Below, in pieces: positions 59,574-64,000 of a DNA stretch of 64,000 nucleotides. The stretch is taken from NCBI GenBank assembly GCA_965207945.1, contig OZ242303.1, positions 161,494 through 225,493 of the forward strand, in the 5' to 3' direction. A program made the position numbers and the translations under genes. This stretch comes from Gammaproteobacteria bacterium. Lineage in GTDB: Bacteria > Pseudomonadota > Gammaproteobacteria > CBDBNL01 > JAAOII01. Position 1 is the stretch's first letter; each line of letters begins with the position of its first letter. The notes below the pieces were generated by a model. It was given only the letters and a program-made list of their open reading frames with translations, was not told the origin of the DNA and made no database searches.

Positions 59574-59599
59574 GCGGGCAGAGCATGGCTCGCCCCTAC
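59574..59599 (-). repeat. GTAG REP-like hairpin between convergent genes
   Basis: Minus strand GTAGGGGCGAGCcatGCTCtGCCCGC. Confidence 0.75.
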
Positions 59600-59606
59600 A
59601 AGTTAT

Positions 59607-62159
59607 TTAGGGGCTGGACACCTTCAATCGTCTCCTTTGACTCAACCAGATTAAACCTAATAGGAGAAAAGCCGGTATAAAGAAGAGCTCGGGGGGCGGT
59701 GTTTGCCGCTTGAGTTGTACATTCACAATTTCCCAGCCAAAATCTATGCCAGCGTTTGAAGCTGGAGTGCCAAAATCAACAAGTCCGGATTGTGGTAATT
59801 CGCCATTCATATCCAGTGATAAGCCAGTGGAGCCAATCCTCTCTTGTGCGTTTCCTTCTGAAGGTAATGACAGCAGGACAGTTTTCTCTATCAGCTCTCC
59901 TGCAAGATTTCTTCCACGCACCTTAATTCGTAAGTCCTCTTTAACACGGTATTCATCCACCAAAATATTAATGTCCGAGCCAGGATGATATTCGTAGGGA
60001 TGAATTACTTGGTCCATCCAAAAATTAGGACGAAACAAAGTGAAGGTTACTAATAATAACCCAAGTGTTTCCCACCATTTGCATTTAGTTAGCCAAAATG
60101 CCTGAGTTGCAGCCGCAAAGGTTAGCATTGCCACCACCGCGGAAAAAATCACCAATAATAATTCAAAAATATTGTCAATATCTATTAATAAAAGCTCGGT
60201 GTTAAATATGAACATAAAGGGTAAAATAGCCGTCCGAATATCATAAGTAAAACCCTGGAGACCAGTTTTTATAGGGTCACTTCTTGCTATAGCAGAGGCG
60301 GCAAATGCTGCCAGTCCTACTGGAGGAGTATCGTCTGCAAGAATACCAAAATAAAACACAAACATGTGCACTGCAATTAATGGAACAATTAAATCATTCT
60401 GCGCGCCAAGTTCAACTATAACCGGCGCCATCAATGCTGATACAACTATGTAGTTGGCAGTAGTGGGTAATCCCATTCCCAAAACTAAACAGGTAATTGC
60501 AGTAAGAATTAAGATTAGAATAAGATTTCCTCCAGACATAAGCTCTACCAGTGATATCATCACATCGCCTATACCAGTGAGAGTGACTGTGCCAACGATG
60601 ATGCCAGCAGTTGCGGTGGCAACCCCTATGCCCACCATGTTGCGCGCTCCAAGTATCATACCTTCCACTAAATCTCGCCAGCCATGAAGCAAATGAGGCA
60701 CAAGGTTTTTACTGCCCCTTATTAATGCTGATAAAGGACGATGGGTTAGTAGAATAAAAATCATAAAGCACATCCCGTAGAAGACCGATAGCCCAGGAGA
60801 TAGCCGTTCTACTGCCAAGCACCATATAAGGACTATAACGGGCAATAAGTAATAAATCCCTGCTTTGAATGTAGGACCTGGTTGTGGTATATGACTTATG
60901 GTTTTTGACCAATCATCTTTTTCTAAATCTGGGAAACGCGCCGAGTAAACAACTGCCGCTATATAAGTTATTACGGTTGCTAATCCTATAATGTAAAGGG
61001 AGTAGTCAGGCGCAACCACTTTTATCCAGCCTATGCCGTAATAAACTGCGAAACTTAGGACTCCAAAAGAGACAATGAAAAAGGTTAGCCCGATTAAGAA
61101 CTGGACTATTTTTAGTGGTTCTTTGCGCGGCAGTCCCTTGAGGTCGCCTTTTACTGCTTCCAGATGCACTATGTATATCAGCGCAATATAGGAAATAAGA
61201 GCTGGTAGAATTGCATGCTTAATAACTTCTATATATGGGATATTGACATATTCCACCATTAAAAATGCTGCGGCTCCCATTATGGGGGGAGTAAGTTGTC
61301 CGTTGGTTGAAGCAGCCACTTCAACTGCTCCCGCTTTGTGAGCAGGGAAGCCAACCTTCTTCATTACTGGAATGGTGAAGTTGCCAGTGGTTACTACATT
61401 GGCAATTGAAGAACCTGAAATAATACCGCTTAGCCCTGAAGAGACAACTGCGGCTTTGGCTGGACCACCACGCATGTGTCCGAGTAGAGAAAATGCAATC
61501 TTTATAAAATAGTTGCCAGCGCCAGCCCTTTCCATCATTGCGCCGAACAAGACAAATAAGAAGACAAAACTAGTGGATACGCCTAACGCCACACCAAATA
61601 CCCCTTCGGTAGTTAACCATTGATGTGAAAGCAGCTTGTTTAGTGATGCGCCTTTGTGAGCTATGATGTCTGGCATATAGGCACCGCCAAGAGCATAGAG
61701 AAGAAATATGCAGGCGATGGTTACCAGAGCAGGACCAAGAGATCTTCTTGCTGCCTCTAACATTATGAGTAGCCCACCCACTGCAAAAATCTTGTCTGCT
61801 AAAGTGGGAGCGCCAGCGCGATCTGCAATCTGGGCATAGAACACAAAAATATAAAGGGCGCAGAATGAACCAATAATCGCTAACCCCCAATCTACAATCG
61901 GCACTCGTTTAGAGCCAATCTTTGAAGTGAAACCAAATCCTACGAATGCCAAGAATATTGAGAAAGCAAGATGGATAGAACGGGCTTCTGTGTCATTAAT
62001 CTTGCCTATATTAAGGATAAAAGGTAAAGGTGAAGCATACCATAGTTGAAAAGCTGACCATAATATGCAGCCAATGGTAAAAATTTTAAGGGCTGCGCCG
62101 CTAAGAGTGCGGTTACCTGTTTCGGATAATAGTTCCTTGCTTGATGTTTGTGTGTCCAT
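59607..62159 (-). CDS. TRAP transporter fused 4TM/12TM permease (TAXI type)
   Basis: GGPAKAAV, GSSIANVVTTG, PPIMGAAAF, LGMGLPTTANY and DDTPPVGLAA motifs. C-terminal extra domain. Confidence 0.93.
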   Translation of the reverse strand: MDTQTSSKELLSETGNRTLSGAALKIFTIGCILWSAFQLWYASPLPFILNIGKINDTEARSIHLAFSIFLAFVGFGFTSKIGSKRVPIVDWGLAIIGSFCALYIFVFYAQIADRAGAPTLADKIFAVGGLLIMLEAARRSLGPALVTIACIFLLYALGGAYMPDIIAHKGASLNKLLSHQWLTTEGVFGVALGVSTSFVFLFVLFGAMMERAGAGNYFIKIAFSLLGHMRGGPAKAAVVSSGLSGIISGSSIANVVTTGNFTIPVMKKVGFPAHKAGAVEVAASTNGQLTPPIMGAAAFLMVEYVNIPYIEVIKHAILPALISYIALIYIVHLEAVKGDLKGLPRKEPLKIVQFLIGLTFFIVSFGVLSFAVYYGIGWIKVVAPDYSLYIIGLATVITYIAAVVYSARFPDLEKDDWSKTISHIPQPGPTFKAGIYYLLPVIVLIWCLAVERLSPGLSVFYGMCFMIFILLTHRPLSALIRGSKNLVPHLLHGWRDLVEGMILGARNMVGIGVATATAGIIVGTVTLTGIGDVMISLVELMSGGNLILILILTAITCLVLGMGLPTTANYIVVSALMAPVIVELGAQNDLIVPLIAVHMFVFYFGILADDTPPVGLAAFAASAIARSDPIKTGLQGFTYDIRTAILPFMFIFNTELLLIDIDNIFELLLVIFSAVVAMLTFAAATQAFWLTKCKWWETLGLLLVTFTLFRPNFWMDQVIHPYEYHPGSDINILVDEYRVKEDLRIKVRGRNLAGELIEKTVLLSLPSEGNAQERIGSTGLSLDMNGELPQSGLVDFGTPASNAGIDFGWEIVNVQLKRQTPPPELFFIPAFLLLGLIWLSQRRRLKVSSP

Positions 62160-62302
62160 AGTTAATTCCTATTCGTTTATATAAATTACATTGTGGTTAA
62201 TTTTATACTGTGTTTGTTGAAAAAGTCCGTCTAATTTGATATTTTTTTGATTAACATTTTATACAATATATTAAGGTATATTATTTTAATATTAGAAATC
62301 TA

Positions 62303-62935
62303 GTGGAAAAACGTATGAAAAATCAGGATGATAAAGGAAAGGGGGCAAAGGAAATAGAAGCAGAAGTTGCGAGCAAGGGGGCAGATAATAAACAACCACG
62401 CCCATCAAAGAAAAATGATGCTAATAAGACGCAAGAATTAATAGCTAATTTGCAGGAGTCAAAAGATGAAAATCTACGTTTGCAGGCGGAGATTCAAAAT
62501 GCCCATAAGCGCTTTGCTCAGGAATTGATTAAGGCAAGGTCTTCTGGCACTGCGGAATTGGCATCTTCTTTGCTTGAAACTGTAGACAATTTAGAGAATG
62601 CATTATCCGCGTATAATCCAGAAAAAGGAGGGGAGGCAGGGGATAAAGAAACGCAAGTAAAAAAATCCGCAGAAGCATCCGCGGAAAAATCCGCAGAATC
62701 ATCAATGCATCAAGGAGTTGAACTAACTTATCAAACCCTATTAGATGTTCTTAAGAGATTCAACATAAAAGAACTAAACCCGCTTGGAGATAAATTTAAC
62801 CCTGAGTATCATGAGGCATTATCTAAAGTTAAGGTGCCAGGTAAAGAAAGTGGGAGCATAATAGTAGTTATTCAAAAAGGGTATATGATTGAAAATCGCT
62901 TATTGCGCGCCGCCAAGGTTCAGGTGGCAGAATAG
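62303..62935 (+). CDS. grpE: Nucleotide exchange factor GrpE
   Basis: LRLQAEIQN, VDNLE, FNPEYHEAL and QKGYMIENRLLRAAKVQV motifs. Confidence 0.95.
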   Translation: MEKRMKNQDDKGKGAKEIEAEVASKGADNKQPRPSKKNDANKTQELIANLQESKDENLRLQAEIQNAHKRFAQELIKARSSGTAELASSLLETVDNLENALSAYNPEKGGEAGDKETQVKKSAEASAEKSAESSMHQGVELTYQTLLDVLKRFNIKELNPLGDKFNPEYHEALSKVKVPGKESGSIIVVIQKGYMIENRLLRAAKVQVAE

Positions 62936-62945
62936 ATAACTTTAT

Positions 62946-63009
62946 TTAATTCCAGGGGTTTAATTCCCTGGAGTTTAATTTCCGGGGTTTAATTACTGGG
63001 GCTTAATTT
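62946..63009. repeat. ~14-bp degenerate tandem repeat x4
   Basis: ttaattccaggggt ttaattccctggagt ttaatttccggggt ttaattactggggc ttaatt. Confidence 0.85.
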
Positions 63010-63854
63010 TGGTTTGCGTGTGCCAATGCTTTGTTTATAGTTTCTTTGACATGTTCAACTGAGTTCCAGGGTAAAAAATGATTTACCCCCTCTAAGACGG
63101 TTATGTCAAGTTTAGCATTTGTCATCTTCTCATTCATATAATCTACATTCTTTACTGAGACCAGGGGGTCTACTTCTCCTTGTAACACTACTACTGGGAT
63201 TGTAATTTTTTGCCATAATGAGGGGAATACTTTTGATTCTTCAATCAGGGCTATAACTTCATCATTGGCTTTTCTTAGCCCACTAGGTAGTAGGTATATA
63301 AAGGGTGGATATTGTCCTACTTTTTGGATTGAGGGAGGATTATCTAAGTTAGGGCTCACCGAACCAGCTAAGATAACTATTGCCCCTATCTTATCTGGGT
63401 AAAGCGCTGCCATTATTGCGGCAAGGGTTCCGCCATAAGAATGACCAACTAAAATGGATTTCTGCCCTTTTTTATTGGTTCGTAAAAACTTCTCAAAGAT
63501 CTCTGCCTGGCGCATTATAGGGAGGGCTTCCATCGGATCGCTGTCGCCAAAAGCGGGACGGTCTATGCTTAGATATTGCAGTCCTTGTGGGACATCTGTT
63601 ATATATGTCGCCCAGGCGCCGCGATCACCTGGGGTGCCGTGCATAAAAATAACTCTTTGCCCATCCTGTTCTCCTTCTAAGTTATAGGTAATGGAACCAC
63701 CTATATCATTAGGTAATGGTAAAGAATAGACGGTTAAATCTTTCCAGCCCCTCTTATCTTTTTCACTTGGACCGGGGATGGAACATCCAGCAAGCAGTAA
63801 AGATGTTGTTATTGATAAAACTCTCAGGTATCTATTTTGTTTCATATTAATCAA
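63003..63854 (-). CDS. Alpha/beta hydrolase lipoprotein
   Basis: Lipobox LAGC, HGTPG, GHSYG nucleophile, GEVD and NH catalytic residues. Confidence 0.88.
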   Translation of the reverse strand: MINMKQNRYLRVLSITTSLLLAGCSIPGPSEKDKRGWKDLTVYSLPLPNDIGGSITYNLEGEQDGQRVIFMHGTPGDRGAWATYITDVPQGLQYLSIDRPAFGDSDPMEALPIMRQAEIFEKFLRTNKKGQKSILVGHSYGGTLAAIMAALYPDKIGAIVILAGSVSPNLDNPPSIQKVGQYPPFIYLLPSGLRKANDEVIALIEESKVFPSLWQKITIPVVVLQGEVDPLVSVKNVDYMNEKMTNAKLDITVLEGVNHFLPWNSVEHVKETINKALAHANQN

Positions 63855-64000
63855 AAATTGTCTTTGTATGAATGATTATACAAAATAATTGAAAACATGG
63901 ATATTATAGTAAAATATAAGTGTTACTGAAAAAAATAAGTGTTACTTAAAGGAAGCTATGTGATGCGATAATAATTATGTAACTGAGTAAATAAATATAA

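Overview
An AT-rich chromosomal window from a divergent, gammaproteobacteria-like bacterium (rpoZ-spoT, sspA, yciB, nagZ, radA, type A rnpB). A host-associated lifestyle is plausible but is only an inference. It holds housekeeping genes: partial hfq, purD, rpoZ, spoT, a kef antiporter, bcp, ubiA, rnpB, dnaJ, nagZ, pdxH, radA, sspA, ilvD and grpE. An accessory block at about 14.2-25.9 kb carries two inverted STAS-like/DUF4325 copies flanking atl-ubiA-rnpB, an XRE-ImmA/IrrE protein and a Type ISP restriction-modification enzyme. About 23 kb encodes one family of lipoproteins (495, 2928 and 4329 aa). These are built from 12 copies of a Cys-capped GLUG-type beta-helix module, linked by TSP3-like acidic repeats and FN3-like domains. 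The most unusual signals, all read by eye, are: (1) disulfide-bounded variable loops and patchwork exchange among the surface-protein modules; (2) an RNase P RNA lacking helix P18; (3) an Hfq that has lost proximal-face and rim residues; (4) an RNA polymerase omega subunit with an AT-hook motif and acidic repeats; (5) TATAAT 6-9 nt before many ATGs with no Shine-Dalgarno, suggesting leaderless genes, alongside dissolved operons; (6) a GTAG REP-like repeat family that brackets accessory genes; (7) a 102-nt non-coding block identical in both STAS copies; (8) pervasive short tandem duplications. I saw no CRISPR array, tRNA, rRNA, transposase, integrase or reverse transcriptase.
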